Positions 24,901 through 39,900 of a stretch of DNA of 64,000 nt are shown here, piece by piece. The stretch is from NCBI RefSeq assembly GCF_009914755.1, contig NC_060927.1. The stretch is one strand, 5' to 3'. The position numbers were made by a program, and so were the translations under genes. This DNA comes from the human T2T-CHM13v2.0 reference genome, Homo sapiens. Positions within the stretch are counted from its first letter, which is position 1; each line of letters opens with the position of its first letter. The notes beneath the pieces are model-generated. The model saw only the letters and a list, made by a program, of their open reading frames with translations. It was not told the origin of the DNA and made no database searches.

Positions 24901-27900
24901 CGAAACAACTGTATGAAAAGAAAGGTTAAACACTGTGAGTTGAACGCACACATTGCAAAGCAGTTTCTGAGAATGATTCCGTCTAATTATTATACGAAGG
25001 TATTTCCTTTTCTATCATTGGCCTCAAAGCGCTTGATACCTCCACCTGAAAATTCCACAAAAAGAGTGTTTCCAATCTACTCTGTCTAAAGGAACGTTCA
25101 ACTCTGTGAGTTGAATACACACACACAGAAAGAATTCACTGAGAATTCTTCTGTCTGGCATTACATGAAGAAATCCCGTTTCCAACGAAGGCCTCAAAGA
25201 GGTCCAAATATCCACTTGCAGATTCTGCAAAAAGAGTGTTTCAAAACCGCTCCATTAAAAGGAATGTTGAACTCTGTGAGTTGAATGCAAACATCACAAC
25301 TCAGTTGCTGAGAATGCTTCTGACTAGATTTTATGGTAAGATATTTCCTTTTCTACCGTAGGCTTCAATGCCCTCTAAATACACCCTTGCAAATTCTACA
25401 AAGAGACTGTTTCATAACTGCTCTATAGGAAGAAAGGTTCAACTCTGTGAGTTGAATGCAGAGATCACAACGTGGTTTCTGCGAATGATTCTTTGTAGTT
25501 TTTACATGAAGATATTTCGTTGTCAACCGTAGGCTTCAAAGCACTCAAAGTATTCACTTGGAACTTTTACAAAAAGAGTGTTAGAAAACTGCTCTTTCCA
25601 AAGTAAGGTTCAACTCTGTGAGTTGAATGCACACATAACAATCAAGAAGTTTCTGAGAATTCTTCTGTCCTGGTTTATATGAAAAAATCCCGTTTCCAAC
25701 GAAGGCCTCAAAGACGTTTAAATATCCACTTGCAGACTTCACAAACAGAGGGTTTCCAAACTGCTCTATGAAAAGAAAGGTTAAACTCTGTGAGTTGAAC
25801 GCACACATCACAAAGTAGCTTCTGAGAATGATACTGTCTAGTTTTTATACGAAGATATTTCCTTTCTACCATTGGCGTCAAAGCGCTAGAATTCTCCACT
25901 TGCAAATTCCACAAAAAGAGTGTTTCCAATCTGCTCTGTCTAAAGGAAGGTTCAACTCTGTGAGTTGAATACACACACACAAAGAAGCTACTGAGAATTC
26001 TTTTGTCAAGAATTATAAGAAGAAATCCCGTTTCCAACGAAGGCCTCAAAGAGTTCCAAATATCCACTTGCACACTGCACAAACTAAGTCTTTCCAAACT
26101 GCTCTATGCAAAGAAATGTTCAACTCTGTGAGTTTAATACGCACATCACAAAGCAGTTTCTGAGAATGATACTGTCTAGTTTTTATACGAAGATATTTCC
26201 TTTTGTACCATTGGCCTCATACTGCTAGAATTTTCCACTTGCAAATTCCACAAAAAGAGTGTTTCCAATCCGCTCTGTCTAAAGGAAGGTTCAACTCTCT
26301 GATTTGAATACATACATCCCAAAAGAAGTTACTGAGAATTCTTCTGTCTAGCATTATGTGAAGAAATCCCGTTTCCAACGAAAGCCTCAAAGAGGTCCAA
26401 ATATCCAGTTGCAGAATTTACAAACTGACTGTTTCCAAACTCATCTATGAAAAGAAAGGTTGAACTCTGGGAGTTGAATGCACATATCACAAAGTAGTTC
26501 CTGAGAATGATTCTGTCTAGTTTTCATACGAAGATATTTCCTTTTCCACCAATGGCCTCAAAGTGCTTGAAATCTCCCCTTGCAAATTCCACAGACAAGT
26601 GTTTCAAATCTGCACTGTCTAAAGGAAGGTTCAACCCTGTGAGTTGAATACACACACACAGAAAAAAATTCACTGAGAATTCTATTGTCTATCATTACAC
26701 GAAGAAATCCCGTTTACTACGAAGGCCTCAAAGAGGTCCAAATATCCAGCTGCAGACATTACAAACTGAGTGTTTCCAAAGTGCTCTATGAAAAGAAGTG
26801 TTAAACACTGTGAGTTCAATGCACACATCCCAAAGCAGTTTCTGAGAATGATTCCGTCTATTTTTTCTACAAAGATATTTCCTTTTCTGCCGTTGGCCTC
26901 AAAGCGCTTGAAATCTCCACTTGCAAATTCCACAAAAAGAGAGTTTCAAATCTGCTCTGTCTAAAGGAAGGTTCAACTCTGTGAGTTGAATACACACCAC
27001 AAAAAGAAGTTACTGAGAATTCTTCTGTCTAGCATTATATGAAAAATCCCGTTTCCAACGAAGGCCACAAAGAGGTCCAAATATCCACTTGCAGATTCTG
27101 CAAAAAGAGTGTTTCCAAACTGCTCTATGAAAAGAAACGTTAAACTCTGTGAGTTGAACGCAAACATCACAAAGTAGTTTCTGAGAATGACTCCGTCTAG
27201 TTTTTATACGAAGATATTTCCTTTCCTACCATTCACTTCAAAGCGCTTGACGTCTCCCCCTGAAAATTCCACAAAAAGTGTTTCCAATCTGCTCCGCCTA
27301 AAGGAAGCTTCAACTCTGTGACTTGAATACCCACAACCCAAAGAAGTTACTGAGAATTCTTCTGTCTAGCATTATATGAAGAAATCCCGTTTCCAACGAA
27401 GGCCTCAAATACATCCAAATATCCAGTTGCTGACTTTACAAACTGAGTGTTTCCAAACTGCTCTATGAAAAGAAAGGTTAAACACTTTGAGTTGAACACA
27501 CACGTACCAAAGTAGTTTCTGAGAATGATTCTGTCTAGTTTGCATACGAAGATATTTCCTTTTCTACCATTGGCCTCAAAGCTCTGAAATCTCCACTTGC
27601 AAATTCCACAAAAAGAGAGTTTCAAATCTGCTGTTTCTAAAGGAAAGTTCAACTCTGGGAGTTGAATACACACCAGAAAAAGCAGTTACTGAGAAGTCTT
27701 CTGTCTAGCATTATATGAAGAAATCCCATTTCCAACGAAGACTTCAAAGAGGTCCAAATATCCACTTGCAGATTCTGCAAAAAGAGTGTTTCGAAACAAC
27801 TGTATGAAAAGAAAGGTTAAACACTGTGAGTTGAACGCACACATTGCAAAGCAGTTTCTGAGAATGATTCCGTCTAATTATTATACGAAGGTATTTCCTT

Positions 27901-30900
27901 TTCTATCATTGGCCTCAAAGCGCTTGATACCTCCACCTGAAAATTCCACAAAAAGAGTGTTTCCAATCTACTCTGTCTAAAGGAACGTTCAACTCTGTGA
28001 GTTGAATACACACACACAGAAAGAATTCACTGAGAATTCTTCTGTCTGGCATTACATGAAGAAATCCCGTTTCCAACGAAGGCCTCAAAGAGGTCCAAAT
28101 ATCCACTTGCAGATTCTGCAAAAAGAGTGTTTCAAAACCGCTCCATTAAAAGGAATGTTGAACTCTGTGAGTTGAATGCAAACATCACAACTCAGTTGCT
28201 GAGAATGCTTCTGACTAGATTTTATGGTAAGATATTTCCTTTTCTACCGTAGGCTTCAATGCCCTCTAAATACACCCTTGCAAATTCTACAAAGAGACTG
28301 TTTCATAACTGCTCTATAGGAAGAAAGGTTCAACTCTGTGAGTTGAATGCAGAGATCACAACGTGGTTTCTGCGAATGATTCTTTGTAGTTTTTACATGA
28401 AGATATTTCGTTGTCAACCGTAGGCTTCAAAGCACTCAAAGTATTCACTTGGAACTTTTACAAAAAGAGTGTTAGAAAACTGCTCTTTCCAAAGTAAGGT
28501 TCAACTCTGTGAGTTGAATGCACACATAACAATCAAGAAGTTTCTGAGAATTCTTCTGTCCTGGTTTATATGAAAAAATCCCGTTTCCAACGAAGGCCTC
28601 AAAGACGTTTAAATATCCACTTGCAGACTTCACAAACAGAGGGTTTCCAAACTGCTCTATGAAAAGAAAGGTTAAACTCTGTGAGTTGAACGCACACATC
28701 ACAAAGTAGCTTCTGAGAATGATACTGTCTAGTTTTTATACGAAGATATTTCCTTTCTACCATTGGCGTCAAAGCGCTAGAATTCTCCACTTGCAAATTC
28801 CACAAAAAGAGTGTTTCCAATCTGCTCTGTCTAAAGGAAGGTTCAACTCTGTGAGTTGAATACACACACACAAAGAAGCTACTGAGAATTCTTTTGTCAA
28901 GAATTATAAGAAGAAATCCCGTTTCCAACGAAGGCCTCAAAGAGTTCCAAATATCCACTTGCACACTGCACAAACTAAGTCTTTCCAAACTGCTCTATGC
29001 AAAGAAATGTTCAACTCTGTGAGTTTAATACGCACATCACAAAGCAGTTTCTGAGAATGATACTGTCTAGTTTTTATACGAAGATATTCCCTTTTGTACC
29101 ATTGGCCTCATACTGCTAGAATTTTCCACTTGCAAATTCCACAAAAAGAGTGTTTCCAATCCGCTCTGTCTAAAGGAAGGTTCAACTCTCTGATTTGAAT
29201 ACATACATCCCAAAAGAAGTTACTGAGAATTCTTCTGTCTAGCATTATGTGAAGAAATCCCGTTTCCAACGAAAGCCTCAAAGAGGTCCAAATATCCAGT
29301 TGCAGAATTTACAAACTGACTGTTTCCAAACTCATCTATGAAAAGAAAGGTTGAACTCTGGGAGTTGAATGCACATATCACAAAGTAGTTCCTGAGAATG
29401 ATTCTGTCTAGTTTTCATACGAAGATATTTCCTTTTCCACCAATGGCCTCAAAGTGCTTGAAATCTCCCCTTGCAAATTCCACAGACAAGTGTTTCAAAT
29501 CTGCACTGTCTGAAGGAAGGTTCATCCCTGTGAGTTGAATACACACACACAGAAAAAAATTCACTGAGAATTCTATTGTCTATCATTACACGAAGAAATC
29601 CCGTTTACTACGAAGGCCTCAAAGAGGTCCAAATATCCAGCTGCAGACATTACAAACTGAGTGTTTCCAAAGTGCTCTATGAAAAGAAGTGTTAAACACT
29701 GTGAGTTCAATGCACACATCCCAAAGCAGTTTCTGAGAATGATTCCGTCTATTTTTTCTACGAAGATATTTCCTTTTCTGCCGTTGGCCTCAAAGCGCTT
29801 GAAATCTCCACTTGCAAATTCCACAAAAAGAGAGTTTCAAATCTGCTCTGTCTAAAGGAAGGTTCAACTCTGTGAGTTGAATACACACCACAAAAAGAAG
29901 TTACTGAGAAGTCTTCTGTCTAGCATTATATGAAAAATCCCGTTTCCAACGAAGGCCACAAAGAGGTCCAAATATCCACTTGCAGATTCTGCAAAAAGAG
30001 TGTTTCCAAACTGCTCTATGAAAAGAAACGTTAAACTCTGTGAGTTGAACGCAAACATCACAAAGTAGTTTCTGAGAATGACTCCGTCTAGTTTTTATAC
30101 GAAGATATTTCCTTTCCTACCATTCACTTCAAAGCGCTTGAAGTCTCCCCCTGAAAATTCCACAAAAAGTGTTTCCAATCTGCTCCGCCTAAAGGAAGCT
30201 TCAACTCTGTGACTTGAATAGCCACAACCCAAAGAAGTTACTGAGAATTCTTCTGTCTAGCATTATATGAAGAAATCCCGTTTCCAACGAAGGCCTCAAA
30301 TACATCCAAATATCCAGTTGCTGACTTTACAAACTGAGTGTTTCCAAACTGCTCTATGAAAAGAAAGGTTAAACACTGTGAGTTGGACACGCACGTACCA
30401 AAGTAGTTTCTGAGAATGATTCTGTCTAGTTTGCATACGAAGATATTTCCTTTTCTACCATTGGCCTCAAAGCTCTGAAATCTCCACTTGCAAATTCCAC
30501 AAAAAGAGAGTTTCAAATCTGCTGTTTCTAAAGGAAAGTTCAACTCTGGGAGTTGAATACACACCAGAAAAAGCAGTTACTGAGAAGTCTTCTGTCTAGC
30601 ATTATATGAAGAAATCCCATTTCCAACGAAGACTTCAAAGAGGTCCAAATATCCACTTGCAGATTCTGCAAAAAGAGTGTTTCGAAACAACTGTATGAAA
30701 AGAAACGTTAAACACTGTGAGTTGAACGCACACATTGCAAAGCAGTTTCTGAGAATGATTCCGTCTAATTATTATACGAAGGTATTTCCTTTTCTATCAT
30801 TGGCCTCAAAGCGCTTGATACCTCCACATGAAAATTCCACAAAAAGAGTGTTTCCAATCTACTCTGTCTAAAGGAACGTTCAACTCTGTGAGTTGAATAC

Positions 30901-33900
30901 ACACACACAGAAAGAATTCACTGAGAATTCTTCTGTCTGGCATTACATGAAGAAATCCCGTTTCCAACGAAGGCCTCAAAGAGGTCCAAATATCCACTTG
31001 CAGATTCTGCAAAAAGAGTGTTTCAAAACTGCTCCATTAAAAGGAATGTTGAACTCTGTGAGTTGAATGCAAACATCACAACTCAGTTGCTGAGAATGCT
31101 TCTGACTAGATTTTATGGTAAGATATTTCCTTTTCTACCGTAGGCTTCAATGCCCTCTAAATACACCCTTGCAAATTCTACAAAGAGACTGTTTCATAAC
31201 TGCTCTATAGGAAGAAAGGTTCAACTCTGTGAGTTGAATGCAGAGATCACAACGTGGTTTCTGCGAATGATTCTTTGTAGTTTTTACATGAAGATATTTC
31301 GTTGTCAACCGTAGGCTTCAAAGCACTCAAAGTATTCACTTGGAACTTTTACAAAAAGAGTGTTAGAAAACTGCTCTTTCCAAAGTAAGGTTCAACTCTG
31401 TGAGTTCAATGCACACATAACAATCAAGAAGTTTCTGAGAATTCTTCTGTCCTGGTTTATATGAAAAAATCCCGTTTCCAACGAAGGCCTCAAAGACGTT
31501 TAAATATCCACTTCCAGACTTCACAAACAGAGTGTTTCCAAACTGCTCTATGAAAAGAAAGGTTAAACTCTGTGACTTGAACGCACACATCACAAAATAG
31601 TTTCTGAGAATGGTACTGTCTAGTTTTTATACGAAGATATTTCCTTTCTACCATTGGCGTCAAAGCGCTAGAATTCTCCACTTGCAAATTCCACAAAAAG
31701 AGTGTTTCCAATCTGCTCTGTCTAAAGGAAGGTTCAACTCTGTGAGTTGAGTACACACACACAAAGAAGCTACTGAGAATTCTTTTGTCAAGCATTATAA
31801 GAAGAAATCCCGTTTCCAAAGAAGGCCTCAAAGAGTTCCACATATCCACTTGCACACTGCACAAACTAAGTCTTTCCAAACTGCTCTATGCAAAGAAATG
31901 TTCAACTCTGTGAGTTTAATACACACATCACAAAGCAGTTTCTGAGAATGATACTGTCTAGTTTTTATACGAAGATATTTCCTTTTGTACCATTGGCCTC
32001 ATACTGCTAGAATTTTCCACTTGCAAATTCCACAAAAAGAGTGTTTCCAATCCGCTCTGTCTAAAGGAAGGTTCAACTCTCTGATTTGAATACATACATC
32101 CCAAAAGAAGTTACTGAGAATTCTTCTGTCTAGCATTATGTGAAGAAATCCCGTTTCCAACGAAAGCCTCAAAGAGGTCCAAATATCCAGTTGCAGAATT
32201 TACAAACTGACTGATTCCAAACTCATCTATGAAAAGAAAGGTTAAACTCTGTGAGTTGAATGCACATATCACAAAGTAGTTCCTGAGAATGATTCTGTCT
32301 AGTTTTTATACGAAGATATTTCCTTTTCCACCAATGGCCTCAAAGTGCTTGAAATCTCCCCTTGCAAATTCCACAGACAAGTGTTTCAAATCTGCACTGT
32401 CTAAAGGAAGGTTCAACCCTGTGAGTTGAATACACACACACAGAAAAAAATTCACTGAGAATTCTATTGTCTATCATTACACGAAGAAATCCCGTTTACT
32501 ACGAAGGCCTCAAAGAGGTCCAAATATCCAGCTGCAGACATTACAAACTGAGTGTTTCCAAAGTGCTCTATGAAAAGAAGTGTTAAACACTGTGAGTTCA
32601 ATGCACACATCCCAAAGCAGTTTCTGAGAATGATTCCGTCTATTTTTTCTACGAAGATATTTCCTTTTCTACCGTTGGCCTCAAAGCGCTTGAAATCTCC
32701 ACTTGCAAATTCCACAAAAAGAGAGTTTCAAATCTGCTCTGTCTAAAGGAAGGTTCAACTCTGTGAGTTGAATACACACCACAAAAAGAAGTTACTGAGA
32801 ATTCTTCTGTCTAGCATTATATGAAAAATCCCGTTTCCAACGAAGGCCACAAAGAGGTCCAAATATCCACTTGCAGATTCTGCAAAAAGAGTGTTTCCAA
32901 ACTGCTCTATGAAAAGAAACGTTAAACTCTGTGAGTTGAATGCAAACATCACAAAGTAGTTTCTGAGAATGACTCCGTCTAGTTTTTATACGAAGATATT
33001 TCCTTTCCTACCATTCACTTCAAAGCGCTTGAAGTCTCCCCCTGAAAATTCCACAAAAAGTGTTTCCAATCTGCTCCGCCTAAAGGAAGCTTCAACTCTG
33101 TGAGTTGAATACCCACAACCCAAAGAAGTTACTGAGAATTCTTCTGTCTAGCATTATATGAAGAAATCCCGTTTCCAACGAAGGCCTCAAATACATCCAA
33201 ATATCCAGTTGCTGACTTTACAAACTGAGTGTTTCCAAACTGCTCTATGAAAAGAAAGGTTAAACACTGTGAGTTGAACACACACGTACCAAAGTAGTTT
33301 CTGAGAATGATTCTGTCTAGTTTGCATACGAAGATATTTCCTTTTCTACCATTGGCCTCAAAGCTCTGAAATCTCCACTTGCAAATTCCACAAAAAGAGA
33401 GTTTCAAATCTGCTGTTTGTAAAGGAAAGTTCAACTCTGAGAGTTGAATACACACCAGAAAGAGCAGTTACTGAGAAGTCTTCTGTCTAGCATTATATGA
33501 AGAAATCCCATTTCCAACGAAGACTTCAAAGAGGTCCAAATATCCACTTGCAGATTCTGCAAAAAGAGTGTTTCGAAACAACTGTATGAAAAGAAAGGTT
33601 AAACACTGTGAGTTGAATGCACACATTGCAAAGCAGTTTCTGAGAATGATTCCGTCTAATTATTATACGAAGGTATTTCCTTTTCTATCATTGGCCTCAA
33701 AGCGCTTGATACCTCCACCTGAAAATTCCACAAAAAGAGTGTTTCCAATCTACTCTGTCTAAAGGAACGTTCAACTCTGTGAGTTGAATACACACACACA
33801 GAAAGAATTCACTGAGAATTCTTCTGTCTGGCATTACATGAAGAAATCCCGTTTCCAACGAAGGCCTCAAAGAGGTCCAAATATCCACTTGCAGATTCTG

Positions 33901-36900
33901 CAAAAAGAGTGTTTCAAAACCGCTCCATTAAAAGGAATGTTGAACTCTGTGAGTTGGATGCAAACATCACAACTCAGTTGCTGAGAATGCTTCTGACTAG
34001 ATTTTATGGTAAGATATTTCCTTTTCTACCGTAGGCTTCAATGCCCTCTAAATACACCCTTGCAAATTCTACAAAGAGACTGTTTCATAACTGCTCTATA
34101 GGAAGAAAGGTTCAACTCTGTGAGTTGAATGCAGAGATCACAACGTGGTTTCTGCGAATGATTCTTTGTAGTTTTTACATGAAGATATTTCGTTGTCAAC
34201 CGTAGGCTTCAAAGCACTCAAAGTATTCACTTGGAACTTTTACAAAAAGAGTGTTAGAAAACTGCTCTTTCCAAAGTAAGGTTCAACTCTGTGAGTTGAA
34301 TGCACACATAACAATCAAGAAGTTTCTGAGAATTCTTCTGTCCTGGTTTATATGAAAAAATCCCGTTTCCAACGAAGGCCTCAAAGACGTTTAAATATCC
34401 ACTTGCAGACTTCACAAACAGAGGGTTTCCAAACTGCTCTATGAAAAGAAAGGTTAAACTCTGTGAGTTGAACGCACACATCACAAAGTAGCTTCTGAGA
34501 ATGATACTGTCTAGTTTTTATACGAAGATATTTCCTTTCTACCATTGGCGTCAAAGCGCTAGAATTCTCCACTTGCAAATTCCACAAAAAGAGTGTTTCC
34601 AATCTGCTCTGTCTAAAGGAAGGTTCAACTCTGTGAGTTGAATACACACACACAAAGAAGCTACTGAGAATTCTTTTGTCAAGAATTATAAGAAGAAATC
34701 CCGTTTCCAACGAAGGCCTCAAAGAGTTCCAAATATCCACTTGCACACTGCACAAACTAAGTCTTTCCAAACTGCTCTATGCAAAGAAATGTTCAACTCT
34801 GTGAGTTTAATACACACATCGCAAAGCAGTTTCTGAGAATGATACTGTCTAGTTTTTATACGAAGATATTTCCTTTTGTACCATTGGCCTCATACTGCTA
34901 GAATTTTCCACTTGCAAATTCCACAAAAAGAGTGTTTCCAATCCGCTCTGTCTAAAGGAAGGTTCAACTCTCTGATTTGAATACATACATCCCAAAAGAA
35001 GTTACTGAGAATTCTTCTGTCTAGCATTATGTGAAGAAATCCCGTTTCCAACGAAAGCCTCAAAGAGGTCCAAATATCCAGTTGCAGAATTTACAAACTG
35101 ACTGATTCCAAACTCATCTATGAAAAGAAAGGTTAAACTCTGTGAGTTGAATGCACATATCACAAAGTAGTTCCTGAGAATGATTCTGTCTAGTTTTTAT
35201 ACGAAGATATTTCCTTTTCCACCAATGGCCTCAAAGTGCTTGAAATCTCCCCTTGCAAATTCCACAGACAAGTGTTTCAAATCTGCACTGTCTAAAGGAA
35301 GGTTCAACCCTGTGAGTTGAATACACACACACAGAAAAAAATTCACTGAGAATTCTATTGTCTATCATTACACGAAGAAATCCCGTTTACTACGAAGGCC
35401 TCAAAGAGGTCCAAATATCCAGCTGCAGACATTACAAACTGAGTGTTTCCAAAGTGCTCTATGAAAAGAAGTGTTAAACACTGTGAGTTCAATGCACACA
35501 TCCCAAAGCAGTTTCTGAGAAAGATTCCATCTATTTTTTCTACGAAGATATTTCCTTTTCTACCGTTGGCCTCAAAGCGCTTGAAATCTCCACTTGCAAA
35601 TTCCACAAAAAGAGAGTTTCAAATCTGCTCTGTCTAAAGGAAGGTTCAACTCTGTGAGTTGAATACACACCACAAAAAGAAGTTACTGAGAATTCTTCTG
35701 TCTAGCATTATATGAAAAATCCCGTTTCCAACGAAGGCCACAAAGAGGTCCAAATATCCACTTGCAGATTCTGCAAAAAGAGTGTTTCCAAACTGCTCTA
35801 TGAAAAGAAACGTTAAACTCTGTGAGTTGAACGCAAACATCACAAAGTAGTTTCTGAGAATGACTCCGTCTAGTTTTTATACGAAGATATTTCCTTTCCT
35901 ACCATTCACTTCAAAGCGCTTGAAGTCTCCCCCTGAAAATTCCACAAAAAGTGTTTCCAATCTGCTCCGCCTAAAGGAAGCTTCAACTCTGTGACTTGAA
36001 TACCCACAACCCAAAGAAAGAAGTTACTGAGAATTCTTCTGTCTAGCATTATATGAAGAAATCCCGTTTCCAACGAAGGCCTCAAATACATCCAAATATC
36101 CAGTTGCTGACTTTACAAACTGAGTGTTTCCAAACTGCTCTATGAAAAGAAAGGTTAAACACTGTGAGTTGAACACACACGTACCAAAGTAGTTTCTGAG
36201 AATGATTCTGTCTAGTTTGCATACGAAGATATTTCCTTTTCTACCATTGGCCTCAAAGCTCTGAAATCTCCACTTGCAAATTCCACAAAAAGAGAGTTTC
36301 AAATCTGCTGTTTCTAAAGGAAAGTTCAACTCTGAGAGTTGAATACACACCAGAAAAAGCAGTTACTGAGAAGTCTTCTGTCTAGCATTATATGAAGAAA
36401 TCCCATTTCCAACGAAGACTTCAAAGAGGTCCAAATATCCACTTGCAGATTCTGCAAAAAGAGTGTTTCGAAACAATTGTATGAAAAGAAAGGTTAAACA
36501 CTGTGAGTTGAACGCACACATTGCAAAGCAGTTTCTGAGAATGATTCCGTCTAATTATTATACGAAGTTATTTCCTTTTCTATCATTGGCCTCAAAGCGC
36601 TTGATACCTCCACCTGAAAATTCCACAAAAAGAGTGTTTCCAATCTACTCTGTCTAAAGGAACGTTCAACTCTGTGAGTTGAATACCCACACACAGAAAG
36701 AATTCACTGAGAATTCTTCTGTCTGGCATTACATGAAGAAATCCCGTTTCCAACGAAGGCCTCAAACAGGTCCAAATATCCACTTGCAGATTCTGCAAAA
36801 AGAGTGTTTCAAAACCACTCCATTAAAAGGAATGTTGAACTCTGTGAGTTGAATGCAAACATCACAACTCAGTTTCTGAGAATGCTTCTGACTAGATTTT

Positions 36901-39900
36901 ATGGTAAGATATTTCCTTTTCTACCGTAGGCTTCAATGCCCTCTAAATACACCCTTGCAAATTCTACAAAGAGACTGTTTCATAACTGCTCTATAGGAAG
37001 AAAGGTTCAACTCTGTGAGTTGAATGCAGAGATCACAACGTGGTTTCTGCGAATGATTCTTTGTAGTTTTTACATGAAGATATTTCGTTGTCAACCGTAG
37101 GCTTCAAAGCACTCAAAGTATTCACTTGGAACTTTTACAAAAAGAGTGTTAGAAAACTGCTCTTTCCAAAGTAAGGTTCAACTCTGTGAGTTGAATGCAC
37201 ACATAACAATCAAGAAGTTTCTGAGAATTCTTCTGTCCTGGTTTATATGAAGAAATCCCGTTTCCAACGCAGGCCTCAACGACGTTTAAATATCCACTTG
37301 CAGACTTCACAAACAGAGGGTTTCCAAACTGCTCTATGAAAAGAAAGGATAAACTCTGTGAGTTGAACGCACACATCACAAAGTAGCTTCTGAGAATGAT
37401 ACTGTCTAGTTTTTATACGAAGATATTTCCTTTCTACCATTGGCGTCAAAGCGCTAGAATTCTCCACTTGCAAATTCCACAAAAAGAGTGTTTCCAATCT
37501 GCTCTGTCTAAAGGAAGGTTCAACTCTGTGAGTTGAATACACACACACAAAGAAGCTACTGAGAATTCTTTTGTCAAGAATTATAAGAAGAAATCCCGTT
37601 TCCAACGAAGGCCTCAAAGAGTTCCAAATATCCACTTGCACACTGCACAAACTAAGTCTTTCCAAACTGCTCTATGCAAAGAAATGTTCAACTCTGTGAG
37701 TTTAATACACACATCACAAAGCAGTTTCTGAGAATGATACTGTCTAGTTTTTATACGAAGATATTTCCTTTTGTACCATTGGTCTCATACTGCTAGAATT
37801 TTCCACATGCAAATTCCACAAAAAGAGTGTTTCCAATCCGCTCTGTCTAAAGGAAGGTTCAACTCTCTGATTTGAATACATACATCCCAAAAGAAGTTAC
37901 TGAGAATTCTTCTGTCTAGCATTATGTGAAGAAATCCCGTTTCCAACGAAAGCCTCAAAGAGGTCCAAATATCCAGTTGCAGAATTTACAAACTGACTGT
38001 TTCCAAACTCATCTATGAAAAGAAAGGTTAAACTCTGGGAGTTGAATGCACATATCACAAAGTAGTTCCTGAGAATGATTCTGTCTAGTTTTCATACGAA
38101 GATATTTCCTTTTCCACCAATGGCCTCAAAGTGCTTGAAATCTCCCCTTGCAAATTCCACAGACAAGTGTTTCAAATCTGCACTGTCTAAAGGAAGGTTC
38201 AACCCTGTGAGTTGAATACACACACACAGAAAAAAATTCACTGAGAATTCTATTGTCTATCATTACACGAAGAAATCCCGTTTACTACGAAGGCCTCAAA
38301 GAGGTCCAAATATCCAGCTGCAGACATTACAAACTGAGTGTTTCCAAAGTGCTCTATGAAAAGAAGTGTTAAACACTGTGAGTTCAATGCACACATCCCA
38401 AAGCAGTTTCTGAGAATGATTCCGTCTATTTTTTCTACGAAGATATTTCCTTTTCTGCCGTTGGCCTCAAAGCGCTTGAAATCTCCACTTGCAAATTCCA
38501 CAAAAAGAGAGTTTCAAATCTGCTCTGTCTAAAGGAAGGTTCAACTCTGTGAGTTGAATACACACCACAAAAAGAAGTTACTGAGAATTCTTCTGTCTAG
38601 CATTATATGAAAAATCCCGTTTCCAACGAAGGCCACAAAGAGGTCCAAATATCCACTTGCAGATTCTGCAAAAAGAGTGTTTCCAAACTGCTCTATGAAA
38701 AGAAACGTTAAACTCTGTGAGTTGAACGCAAACATCACAAAGTAGTTTCTGAGAATGACTCCGTCTAGTTTTTATACGAAGATATTTCCTTTCCTACCAT
38801 TCACTTCAAAGCGCTTGAAGTCTCCCCCTGAAAATTCCACAAAAAGTGTTTCCAATCTGCTCTGCCTAAAGGAAGCTTCAACTCTGTGACTTGAATACCC
38901 ACAACCCAAAGAAGTTACTGAGAATTCTTCTGTCTAGCATTATATGAAGAAATCCCGTTTCCAACGAAGGCCTCAAATACATCCAAATATCCAGTTGCTG
39001 ACTTTACAAACTGAGTGTTTCCAAACTGCTCTATGAAAAGAAAGGTTAAACACTGTGAGTTGAACACACACGTACCAAAGTAGTTTCTGAGAATGATTCT
39101 GTCTAGTTTGCATACGAAGATATTTCCTTTTCTACCATTGGCCTCAAAGCTCTGAAATCTCCACTTGCAAATTCCACAAAAAGAGAGTTTCAAATCTGCT
39201 GTTTCTAAAGGAAAGTTCAACTCTGAGAGTTGAATACACACCAGAAAAAGCAGTTACTGAGAAGTCTTCTGTCTAGCATTATATGAAGAAATCCCATTTC
39301 CAACGAAGACTTCAAAGAGGTCCAAATATCCACTTGCAGATTCTGCAAAAAGAGTGTTTCGAAACAACTGTATGAAAAGAAAGGTTAAACACTGTGAGTT
39401 GAACGCACACATTGCAAAGCAGTTTCTGAGAATGATTCCGTCTAATTATTATACGAAGGTATTTCCTTTTCTATCATTGGCCTCAAAGCGCTTGATACCT
39501 CCACCTGAAAATTCCACAAAAAGAGTGTTTCCAATCTACTCTGTCTAAAGGAACGTTCAACTCTGTGAGTTGAATACACACACACAGAAAGAATTCACTG
39601 AGAATTCTTCTGTCTGGCATTACATGAAGAAATCCCGTTTCCAACGAAGGCCTCAAAGAGGTCCAAATATCCACTTGCAGATTCTGCAAAAAGAGTGTTT
39701 CAAAACCGCTCCATTAAAAGGAATGTTGAACTCTGTGAGTTGAATGCAAACATCACAACTCAGTTGCTGAGAATGCTTCTGACTAGATTTTATGGTAAGA
39801 TATTTCCTTTTCTACCGTAGGCTTCAATGCCCTCTAAATACACCCTTGCAAATTCTACAAAGAGACTGTTTCATAACTGCTCTATAGGAAGAAAGGTTCA

